A DNA stretch of 64,000 nt from Candidatus Binataceae bacterium (GTDB taxonomy: Bacteria; Desulfobacterota; Binatia; Binatales; Binataceae): positions 594-64,593 of the forward strand of contig CAVWAA010000008.1 of the NCBI GenBank assembly GCA_963752805.1, given 5' to 3'. The position numbers and the translations under genes were made by a program. Each line of letters begins with the position of its first letter. Within the stretch, counting starts at the first letter, position 1. The notes below the pieces were generated by a model. The model was given only the letters and a program-made list of their open reading frames with translations, was not told the origin of the DNA and ran no database searches. Positions 37,899-46,235 of this stretch are shown here, one piece after another.

Positions 37899-40199
37899 CT
37901 ACGCGATTTCCTTTTGCGCCACGCGCCAAAGCTGAAGTAGCCTCGGTACGCTCGTGTAGTATGCCGCGATGTCGGTAAGCGGATCAGTAACGAGCTTGAC
38001 CAGCCAGACCATCGAACTGCGAAAATCGTATTTCCAGCCCAGGAGCGCCACGTGGCCTGATACTACCGCCAAGGTCAGAAAGAACCACAGATGGGCGACT
38101 ATCGGTATCATCGAAGAGAGAATCTTGAGATCAAACGAGCCGGACGCCATCAAATATATGATTGGAATCAATAAGTAGCCAGCCACCAGTAGTGATTTAT
38201 CGCGAGTGTTGAACCCCAATAGGGCTCGTTCCTTGTCGTGACATGGAGGTTCCAGGATTGCGTGCCCGAATTGCCGGATCGACAGTGAGGCTAAGCCCAA
38301 ACACATTGCTTTAGTCAGGTCAAAGTATCCCCAAATGTAGCAGACGATGAAAGCGCTGGAACTCAGCAGGTGAAAAAACTGGTTGATAAGGTTGCTGTGC
38401 GAAGCAACGTGGTCGTCGTGCTTGCGCTGCATAATCTCCCTGCAGAAGTCTCTTACCGGCTCAAAAGCTGGAATCAAGCTGCCGGCTATTTCTCGGAGAA
38501 GGTTGCGGCGAATAATCCGGTCCCTCCCGGGTAATTGTGCTTCGCTCAGCCACCATGAATCAGATTTCATCTTGCGAGCTGCGCCGATCAGCTTTCCTTG
38601 CAGTTCACGGTAGTCCTCCGGAGTATAATCCAGGCTGATCAAACAGCGGCCGGTACCTACCCAACTAAGAGTCAAGCCTTCAGCACGAAGATAGTATTGC
38701 AAGAGCCAGTTATAGCGGCCCGGTTCTTTGAACAATACAGTCCACACGGTTGCGAGGTTTACCACTCGGATTGGTAGTGACGACTCTGCCAGTGCTTCGT
38801 TAGTTGAGCGAACCCACTCGTCACATCGTTGTTTTGCGTCGCGATACAGTTGCGCGGCGGACGGCTGCAGCACCCATTTTAGGAATTCGTTCATTGCGCC
38901 CATCACCAGTGGATGCGCGGAGAACGTGCCAACTACATAGGCGATGCGCATCGGGTGACTGGGATCGAATCGTTGCATCAGCGCCTTCTTGCCGCAGACC
39001 AGTCCGATAGGCATTCCACCGGCGACGGTCTTCCCGTAGACGACCATGTCCGCCTCGACTCCGTAGAACTCTTGAGCTCCGCCCGGAGCCAGCCGAAAAC
39101 CGCTATAAACCTCGTCAAAGATCAATGGGATGTCGCAGGTAGTACAAACTTCGCGCAACGCCCGCAGCCAATTTGCATACTCAGCAACCGAATCGTGAGT
39201 CTTTCGAATGCCGCTCGTGAGCAGGACTGTATCACTCGGCGGCGGCGAATTGGGGTGAAAAGCTTGGACCGGGTTGACCAGAACGCCGGCGATCTCCTTG
39301 GCTCTCATGCGGACGACTTCAAGCGACGATGGGTTCATGTCCTTCAGGGTCAGACAATCGCGAAGACTTCGCTCGCTGCCCAAGCCGGGCTGTACACCGT
39401 CCCACCAGCCGTGGTAGGCGCCGGAGAAGCAAACAATCAAGGGTCTTCGCGTATTGAACCGAGCCAGCCGAACGGCCGCCATCACGGCCTCGGTCCCGCT
39501 CATATGAAAAGAAACTTCGTCTAATTTTGAGATGGACCTGAGCAGCGCGATATTTTCCGCAGTGACTGGATGAAGTGGTCCGAGCACAGGACCAAGGTCT
39601 TTTACTAACTCCCAGCCTTTTGCGATCCACTGCTTGTAGCGGTCAAACCCAGCGACGTTCAACCCATACGAACCGCTGACATCCAGCGTGAGCCGGCCGT
39701 CCAGGTCTCGGAGATGGGGGCCAGTCGAAGCCGTCACCACCGAGGAGACCGTGAATTTGTCGCGCATCACCCGCATAAACGGAAAAGGTACCCGATTGGC
39801 GTCGGTGAAACGCAAATCAGAAAAGCTCTCCCGTATCTCATCTGCCCACGCGATGGATTTGGCGCCCTGGGTTCTAAGCAGTGCGGCAAGACCGTCGAGC
39901 GCCTGCCGGCGCAGTTTAACCCATTGGTCGCCGGCGCCGTCAGCGCGCAAGAATTCCTCTTCTGAATAGGACCGAGCCTTAACCCAGTTCGCGAATATCC
40001 GCGACAGCGGAGGGGTTAGTGCGAGTGCGCGGAAGGTCAAGATGGTCTTCGTCAATTTCCGGGCGAACATTGCCACCAGTGCTAAGGCCAGCAATGCTGC
40101 TGTGACCATCCATCGGGTTTCCGAATTTAGTTCGAGGACGGTTATAGCTTGCGTATTGAACAATTGACTCAACTGTTGAAACGTCTCGACCATTACCAT
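37899..40199 (-). CDS. membrane-anchored class-III aminotransferase (GSA-aminomutase-like) fused to a C-terminal Mpo1/DUF962-like membrane domain
   Basis: It is 766 aa with an N-terminal TM (WMVTAALLALALVAMF). The PLP domain reads HMSGTEAVMAAVRLARFNTRRPLIVCFSGAYHGWWDG...DEVYSGFRLAPGGAQEFYGVEADMVVYGKTVAGGMPIG, with the Lys at the HemL position. The last ~190 aa are polytopic, with HSNLINQFFHLL and IRQFGHAILEPP. These resemble the Mpo1 motifs H..N..IH and QF.GH...E. Confidence 0.7.
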   Translation of the reverse strand: MVMVETFQQLSQLFNTQAITVLELNSETRWMVTAALLALALVAMFARKLTKTILTFRALALTPPLSRIFANWVKARSYSEEEFLRADGAGDQWVKLRRQALDGLAALLRTQGAKSIAWADEIRESFSDLRFTDANRVPFPFMRVMRDKFTVSSVVTASTGPHLRDLDGRLTLDVSGSYGLNVAGFDRYKQWIAKGWELVKDLGPVLGPLHPVTAENIALLRSISKLDEVSFHMSGTEAVMAAVRLARFNTRRPLIVCFSGAYHGWWDGVQPGLGSERSLRDCLTLKDMNPSSLEVVRMRAKEIAGVLVNPVQAFHPNSPPPSDTVLLTSGIRKTHDSVAEYANWLRALREVCTTCDIPLIFDEVYSGFRLAPGGAQEFYGVEADMVVYGKTVAGGMPIGLVCGKKALMQRFDPSHPMRIAYVVGTFSAHPLVMGAMNEFLKWVLQPSAAQLYRDAKQRCDEWVRSTNEALAESSLPIRVVNLATVWTVLFKEPGRYNWLLQYYLRAEGLTLSWVGTGRCLISLDYTPEDYRELQGKLIGAARKMKSDSWWLSEAQLPGRDRIIRRNLLREIAGSLIPAFEPVRDFCREIMQRKHDDHVASHSNLINQFFHLLSSSAFIVCYIWGYFDLTKAMCLGLASLSIRQFGHAILEPPCHDKERALLGFNTRDKSLLVAGYLLIPIIYLMASGSFDLKILSSMIPIVAHLWFFLTLAVVSGHVALLGWKYDFRSSMVWLVKLVTDPLTDIAAYYTSVPRLLQLWRVAQKEIA

Positions 40200-40202
40200 C
40201 TG

Positions 40203-41435
40203 TCAACCTCCCACGCGGGCCATGGCCAGCGGGTGCGCCGGCGATGCCGCGCCGACGCTTGTATGGCTCTCCGTCAGAGCAGCGGTCAGCCACGTTTCGA
40301 ACGTTTCGATTGCATGCGACCAATTCAGCGCAGCGGCATACTCGCGGGCCTGAGTCCTCAGTTTGTAAAGCCAGCGCGCTTCACGCACTAGCTGAGCGGC
40401 GGAATCGATAAAGGCCTTCGAGTCACCGCACGGCACCAGCAAGCCCGTTTCACCGTGCGAGATGTGCAATTTCGCAGCAGCGTAATTGTAGGCCACTACC
40501 GCCAGCCCACTGGCCATCGCTTCAAGAGTGACGTTGCCGAAGGTCTCGGTTTCGCTGGGAAACAAGAAGATGTCGGCTGACGCGTAGTGCCGAGCAAGCA
40601 CCGCACCGGTTTGCATGCCGCAAAAGATCAGATTTGGATGCTTCTTTTGGAGCGAGGTGCGCAGCGGACCATCGCCGACAAGGATGAACTTGATTGAATC
40701 GTCGAGCTGGCGCATTGCGTAATAAGCCTCTACCGCCACTCGCAGGTTTTTCTCCGGTGCTATTCTGCCAACATAGAGTACCGCCAAGCTGCGGTCGCTC
40801 AGGCCCCAGCGCTCACGCAAATCGGCACATCGCCGTTCCGGCGCAAACAAGCTACTGTCAACGCCGCGACTTAAAAAAGTAAGATTCTTGAATCCAAGAG
40901 CCTGTAGGCGGTCACGCAGATCGAGACTTGGCACTATCGTTCCGCGGGTGCCATTGTGAAGATATCGCAGATAGCGAAACACCAGGGGCTGCAAGCATCC
41001 CAATCGATAATGGCGGGAGTATGAATGATAGTTGGTATGAAAACCGCTTAGTGCCGCGATGTTCAGCCGCCTTGCGGTACGCACCGCCGACCATCCTAAT
41101 GGCCCCTCGGTCGCAACGTATACAACGTCCGGCGGCTGCTTCGTCCACAGCCGCTTGAGCACACCGCCCGCCGGCAATCCAAACTGCAATCCACTGTATC
41201 CGGGCAATGGTAGGCCGCGAACCAGGGTCACCGATGAATCGGTGGCGATGCAATCAAAGTCTCGCTGGTACGGTCGAATCATCGAGACTATGTGGCCGCG
41301 GGCCGCTAACCCCTGCAAGAGGCGCGCGAGCGTCAATGCGACGCCGTTTATCTCGGGAGGATAGGTCTCGGTGACAAAGCAGATGTGTCTGCGATTTGCT
41401 CCGATGCAGCGTTGTACGAGACCGATATTCGGCAT
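40203..41435 (-). CDS. GT4-family glycosyltransferase (SQD2/PimB-like, retaining GT-B)
   Basis: The N-terminus is ICFVTETYPPEINGVALT. The C-terminal part reads ...ADIFLFPSETETFGNVTLEAMASGLAVVA, the EX7E region. Its stop lies 3 nt before the next start. Confidence 0.85.
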   Translation of the reverse strand: MPNIGLVQRCIGANRRHICFVTETYPPEINGVALTLARLLQGLAARGHIVSMIRPYQRDFDCIATDSSVTLVRGLPLPGYSGLQFGLPAGGVLKRLWTKQPPDVVYVATEGPLGWSAVRTARRLNIAALSGFHTNYHSYSRHYRLGCLQPLVFRYLRYLHNGTRGTIVPSLDLRDRLQALGFKNLTFLSRGVDSSLFAPERRCADLRERWGLSDRSLAVLYVGRIAPEKNLRVAVEAYYAMRQLDDSIKFILVGDGPLRTSLQKKHPNLIFCGMQTGAVLARHYASADIFLFPSETETFGNVTLEAMASGLAVVAYNYAAAKLHISHGETGLLVPCGDSKAFIDSAAQLVREARWLYKLRTQAREYAAALNWSHAIETFETWLTAALTESHTSVGAASPAHPLAMARVGG

Positions 41436-41863
41436 TGCGGCAATCGCCTCTTATGGCTGTGCTGACGCCGACTGGCCGAAGCCCATTGAACCGTGCAGGC
41501 GCGAGTACTTATTTCCGCTTAAGCGCCGAGTCGCCGGTTTCCAAATAGTGTTCGAACACTTTGCGATCGCTTTGCCAGCTTATTATCGACTCACACTTCC
41601 TCATCCACTGTCCGCCGGATTACGGGCGGGCGATGCGATTTATTCTAGGAAGGCGGAGCGATCGGTGCGATACCGCAATATGAACAGAGGTTGAAGGTCT
41701 GGCTATGAATTATGAAATCTTGCCAGACGTTATAGCGAATGGATTCATTCCACTAGTGTTGTTTGAGAAAGGACGTGAAAAAGACAGAAATGAGTCAGGC
41801 GGTAAGTGCACTAGTCAAAAGCAACAGTAGAGTGGAGTTGGCTAACAACGTGGCCTCTTCAGG

Positions 41864-42157
41864 TCAGTCTGGCGCACCGCCAGACAAGGAGGGATGAATC
41901 CATATTTCCGAGTTGGCGCCGACCGGGGCCGACAGCCCGCCAAGAAAGCGAGCGTTTTCGCCGTCTATGAAAATATTCACGTGACGGCGAAGCTCGCCTT
42001 GTTCATTAAGGACACGGTCGCGAAGGCCTGGAAACTGGCGGGCAACCGTGCCGATGACTTCCGCTGCGGTCATGCAGCTGGTTGTAGCAACCTGCAGGTC
42101 AACGACGTCGCGGCCGCCGGTCCATTTGCGCAACACCGACGGAATATGCACGCGCAT
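41864..42157 (-). CDS. MoaD/ThiS-family beta-grasp (ubiquitin-like) protein with GG + 3-residue tail
   Basis: It is 97 aa and reads MRVHIPSVLRKWTGGRDVVDLQ...RHVNIFIDGENA...SEIWIHPSLSGGAPD. The ATG lies 1 nt after the upstream stop. Confidence 0.7.
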   Translation of the reverse strand: MRVHIPSVLRKWTGGRDVVDLQVATTSCMTAAEVIGTVARQFPGLRDRVLNEQGELRRHVNIFIDGENARFLGGLSAPVGANSEIWIHPSLSGGAPD

Positions 42158-42158
42158 G

Positions 42159-43271
42159 TTAATTCACCGTAGAGGTTTTGACGCACAGAATCGGCGGGAG
42201 GAATTCAGCTATCGCGCGCCAGCTCTCACCTTCGTCGTTCGAGTTATAGAGCTGGCCGCCGCGTGTACCGAAGTAGAGCCCTGCCGGCTCCAACGTGTCG
42301 GCCGAGAACGCATCGCGCAGCACCGTAAAGAAGCCGTTGGTGTCGGGTAGGCCTTTGCCCAGCGGTTCCCACGATGTGCCGCCGTTGCGCGAACGCCAGA
42401 CCCTGGGCACTCCGCCCGGTGGCACTCGAAATTCGTCAGAGGTCAGAGGGAAGGTATAGATCGTCCCACCCCGCCGCGGATGCGCGACCATTGGAAAACC
42501 GAAATCCGACGGCAGGCCGTTTTCAATCGAGACCCACCCGCGCCCTTCATTGCTGGTGCGATATACCCCTGGATGATTTTGCAGATACATACAGGAAGGG
42601 TTTTCCGCATCGAAACGCAGCTTGTGCGGGCACAGGGTCGCGCCGGGAACATCCGGATGCACCCGCAAGCCGTTGACGCAGGTGGTCCAGGAACCGCCAC
42701 CGTCATCGCTGCGATAAATCCCGCCCGACGAGATCGCAACGTACATGCGCCGCGGATCCTGTGGATGAACCAGGATCGAATGCAGGCAGAGCCCACCAAA
42801 GCCAGGATTCCATTTCGAGCGGTCGGGATGATTGAACAGCGCCTCATTCAACTGGAACGTCTCGCCACGATCGTCGGAACGAAACAGCGCTGCCGGATCA
42901 ACTCCAGCCAGCACCACCTCGGGTCCCAGTGAGGTGGCGGTCTCAAGCGCCCAGATCGAGTTGAGCGAGACGCTGCTGCCGGCGGGAAATTTAATGTTGC
43001 CTTCGGTGGGTTCCGTCCAAGTCGCACCGAAATCGTCTGAGTGGCTGACCATCGCTCCCCAATGTTCACTTTTGTTGCCGACAATGATTCGCGCAGCGCC
43101 GTTACCGATGAAAGCGGCCGACCAGACTGACTGTCCGGGGAAATGCGGCCCTGACATCCTGAAATTTCCGCGAGCCGCATCGCTCAGAAAAATGAAGGCA
43201 CCCTTGACGGTTCCGACCATTAGTAGAATGTCGCCGGTGCGCGGTGCAAGTTTTGAAACAGCCATAATCAT
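42159..43271 (-). CDS. cytoplasmic BNR/Asp-box repeat beta-propeller protein (annotated elsewhere as exo-alpha-sialidase-like)
   Basis: It has six Asp-box-like motifs: HSDDFGATW, RSDDRGETF, RSDDGGGSW, TSNEGRGW, SRNGGTSW and NSNDEGESW. I see no signal peptide. Confidence 0.75.
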   Translation of the reverse strand: MIMAVSKLAPRTGDILLMVGTVKGAFIFLSDAARGNFRMSGPHFPGQSVWSAAFIGNGAARIIVGNKSEHWGAMVSHSDDFGATWTEPTEGNIKFPAGSSVSLNSIWALETATSLGPEVVLAGVDPAALFRSDDRGETFQLNEALFNHPDRSKWNPGFGGLCLHSILVHPQDPRRMYVAISSGGIYRSDDGGGSWTTCVNGLRVHPDVPGATLCPHKLRFDAENPSCMYLQNHPGVYRTSNEGRGWVSIENGLPSDFGFPMVAHPRRGGTIYTFPLTSDEFRVPPGGVPRVWRSRNGGTSWEPLGKGLPDTNGFFTVLRDAFSADTLEPAGLYFGTRGGQLYNSNDEGESWRAIAEFLPPILCVKTSTVN

Positions 43272-43367
43272 GTCTCCCTGGGCCCTCAGCGATTACGCTC
43301 TCGATCACTGGTCAAAGCGTGAACATAAAGGTGTGGAGAGGGACTCATCGCGGTTGATTCTCATTCC

Positions 43368-43703
43368 TCAAACGCATTGACTGCGCCGTCGAGAGAGATA
43401 GCGCTCCAGCTTCGCCGGTAAGTCAGTCCAGCCGGGATCTCTCGAGCTGGCTGGATTGCATTCGGGAGTTGCGTGGACTTTGCTTTTGTTGATTCGCGGC
43501 GACTCTGCGGTGTGCGGCCGCCGCGCTGCCATCTCTTCGATCGACAAACATGCCTCCCGGATTGCCTCCGCCTCGTTGGCGGCTGCACCGATAGCAGCCC
43601 CGTTGCACCGGCAATTGACTACAAACCAGAACCATGTCTGCCGGCCACTCCAGATCTCAAAGCTCGTGCCTAGATGATTGCCAATCAGCATCGGGTTCCT
43701 CAC
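43368..43703 (-). CDS. hypothetical protein
   Basis: It is 111 aa, with a WFWFVVN...GAAIGAAANEAEAIREACLSIEE segment. I recognise no family. Confidence 0.3.
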   Translation of the reverse strand: MRNPMLIGNHLGTSFEIWSGRQTWFWFVVNCRCNGAAIGAAANEAEAIREACLSIEEMAARRPHTAESPRINKSKVHATPECNPASSRDPGWTDLPAKLERYLSRRRSQCV

Positions 43704-43736
43704 AGCCCACTTGACAGTGAGAGGGGCCTCGGCTGT

Positions 43737-44090
43737 CTAAACTGCTTCTCGATGACGCCGCCTTGTCGAGATCGCAGCGAACAGACGGCACCCACGTATT
43801 GCGGCAAAGTATGTGATCGTTACGACGCATATGGTCAAAAGAAGCACTCGCAGATAGGTCGCGGCTGATACAGAAATGCCAATTCCAGTGGCAATCGCGA
43901 TATATGCAGCCAGGCATGCGGGACATTTGGGCAGCAGTACCAAGCCGCCAGCCGGCAGCATCCACCCGGCGACACCGTGGCATCGCCGGGCGAATAGGCT
44001 GTGCTCGTCGATTACTGCAACCGATTTCTTCCCGGCAGGACTCTCACAGCAACGGGTAGTATGCACTGCCGTTCTCCTGCAAGCGGGCAC
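43737..44090 (-). CDS. small membrane protein with CPxC motif (possible metal-binding), function unknown
   Basis: It uses a GTG start. The N-terminus has RCCES. Next come LLPKCPACLAAYIAIATGIGISV and a second TM. Confidence 0.4.
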   Translation of the reverse strand: MPACRRTAVHTTRCCESPAGKKSVAVIDEHSLFARRCHGVAGWMLPAGGLVLLPKCPACLAAYIAIATGIGISVSAATYLRVLLLTICVVTITYFAAIRGCRLFAAISTRRRHREAV

Positions 44091-44105
44091 TAGTTTCGTG
44101 CCGCT

Positions 44106-44844
44106 TCAGACTGGGCCGGCGGATTTGCCCAGGCCATCGTCGTACTCGTCGTGGCGCTTCACCCAGTCAGTAAGGTTGTAATTGGGACCAGTCTCATTCC
44201 GCCCGGTCGGCGTCAGGTCGAGAAACATGTAAGTGCCCAGCCCTCGTTCGTCTCCCCGCGCCTAGGCGGAATAGGTATGAAAGACGATGCCGCTCTGATC
44301 CTTGAAGAACACGCCTTATCCCGGGGGCCTCACCCTCGGTCTGTGATTCGCGAACTTCGAAGTTGTAATAAGTCGGGCCTTTGGCCAGATCGTCCTTGGT
44401 AAAGGACACATGATAATCGCTATTAAAGTCGGTCCCGTGTGATGATACCCATTTGAAACGCCAACCCATCCGCTTTTTGTAAGCTTCGATCTCGGCCAGG
44501 GGCGCGCGCGATATCGCCACGAAGCTCACGTCGTGGTGCGCGAGGTGAATATTCGCACCGTCAACATGGTCGGCAAAGAACGAGCAGCCGACACATCCCG
44601 CCGCCCATCCGGGCGCGAACATGAAGTGGTAAACGACTAACTGGCTCCGGCCGTCGAAGAGTTGAGCTAGCGACTGCTTGCCATCCGGCGTATCGAAGAC
44701 GTAACTCTTCGCGACCCTGACCCAGGGTAACTCGCGGCGTAGCTGGTTGACTTCGTTTTGCATCCGGGTGAGTTCTTTCTCCTTGAGCAGCAGTTGTTTG
44801 CGTGCGCTGATCCATTTGTCTTCAGAAACGATTTGATGGGTCAT
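44106..44844 (-). pseudogene. DUF899 (thioredoxin-like) family gene with one frameshift and one in-frame TAG
   Basis: ORF 44194..44844 is DUF899-like up to ...TEGEAPGI. Removing one G at about 44314-44315 restores ...SVFFKDQSGIVFHTYSA. A TAG (44262-44264) then sits where paralogues have Tyr. After it the frame reads ARGDERGLGTYMFLDLTPTGRNE...WVKRHDEYDD, with a stop at 44106-44108. Confidence 0.75.
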
Positions 44845-44901
44845 GATTCAACCTCCATCTGGCACAGGCTGACGCGTGTGGTCCGCAAAGCTTAGACTGA
44901 T

Positions 44902-45375
44902 TTAAACTGTTGCCAGGTATTCAGCGAGGCGATCGAGTGAGCTGTTCCAGCCCCCGCGATGCTCGTCGCGGGCGGTGATGGATTCGAAGACGGCCTGATG
45001 CAAAGTCAGCCTGGTCTTTCCTTCGTAGTCTTCGAAGTTAATTGTCAGTAGAGTCTCGGGGCTGGTGGGATTGCCTTGCGCATCTGCCCAGCTCCCTGCC
45101 ATCACAAGGCGTTGCGGCTCAACGATCTCGCGAAAGATACCCTGCGTCCAGTGATCGTCGCCCTCCGGTCCGAGCATATGGATTCGATACGCGCCGCCCT
45201 CACGCAAGTCGCTGCGCAAAACGGTGCTTCTGAAGCCGCGTGGACCCATCCAGCGCACAATATGCTCGGGATCAGTCCATGCTTTGAAAACCAGCTCGCG
45301 CGGTGCGTCGAAAATTCGCGTGATGACAAGCACTCGCTCAGCGGGCCCTGTGACAGCCGTACTCTCTGCAGCCAT
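44902..45375 (-). CDS. SRPBCC-superfamily protein (AHSA1-like)
   Basis: It reads ITRIFDAPRELVFKAWTDPEHIVRWMGPRGF...TLHQAVFES...GGWNSSLDRLAEYL. Confidence 0.85.
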   Translation of the reverse strand: MAAESTAVTGPAERVLVITRIFDAPRELVFKAWTDPEHIVRWMGPRGFRSTVLRSDLREGGAYRIHMLGPEGDDHWTQGIFREIVEPQRLVMAGSWADAQGNPTSPETLLTINFEDYEGKTRLTLHQAVFESITARDEHRGGWNSSLDRLAEYLATV

Positions 45376-45416
45376 TTTTCTGCTCCTTTAAATTTAATTG
45401 GCAATCGACGCCGCAA

Positions 45417-45891
45417 TCATTCCAGCGTCGGCAGATAATCTGCGAGCCGGTCCAACGCGCTAGCCGTGCCACTCCGATGCGCATCGCGCGCAGCAGCAGA
45501 CTCGAACGTCTGCTGAAACGTCAGCTTTGTCTTCCCGCCGAGCTCTTCGAAGGTCACCGTCATGAGCGTCTCGGGGCCGGTTGGATTACCGTTAGCATCG
45601 GCCCAGGCGGATGTGCGGACGAATCGCGCGGGTTCAACGACCTCGCGATAGACGCCCTGCTGCCAATACTCGACTCCTTGAGCGGAGCGCATGTGGAAGC
45701 GATATGTGCCGGCCGGGCGAACGTCCATTCTTATCACAGTGCCGGTGAATCCTTGGGGACCTAACCAGCGGACCAGGTGCTGCGGGTCGATCCAAGCCTT
45801 GAACACAAGCTCGCGCGGCGCGTCGAAGATACGCTCGATCGTGAGCGTATATGCCGCTGGGCCCGCGGCAACGCTATTTCCTGCGGCCCAT
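45417..45891 (-). CDS. SRPBCC-superfamily protein (AHSA1-like), second copy; natural ATG is out of frame by one G
   Basis: It reads ...AAGNSVAAGPAAYTLTIERIFDAPRELVFKAWIDPQHLVRWLGPQGF... The only sensible start (AAGGAGAAGAGAG-ATG, 45889-45891) comes into frame only if one G of ATGGG (CCC at 45887-45889 on the plus strand) is removed. Confidence 0.7.
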
Positions 45892-46225
45892 CTCTCTTCT
45901 CCTTTTTTTGCAATTCGCGCAGATAGTCGTCCAAACGATCGAAGCTTTCTTGCCAGAAACGCCGGTATTCCTCCAGCCACTCGGCTGCGTCTTTGAGGGG
46001 AGCCGCCGCCAGGCGGCAGGGACGCCATTGCGCGTCACGCACACGCGCGATGAGGCCGGCGCGTTCCAGAACCTTCAGGTGCTTGGAAATAGCGGGAAGG
46101 CTCATTGCGAAAGGCTTGCCCAGTTCGGTAACTGACGCCTCGCCCGATGCGAGGCGAGCAAGGATCGCGCGGCGAGTGGGATCGGCGAGCGCAGCGAAGG
46201 TGGTGCTGAGATCATCCTGTGGCAT
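45874..46225 (-). CDS. ArsR/SmtB-family transcriptional regulator (copy 2); natural stop lost through the same extra G
   Basis: It reads FAALADPTRRAILARLASGEASVTELGKPFAMSLPAISKHLKVLERAGLI. As given, the ORF reads through to 45761. Removing one G at 45887-45889 gives ...LQKKEKRDGRRK, with a TAG stop at 45874-45876. Confidence 0.8.
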
Positions 46226-46235
46226 CTGTAAACCG

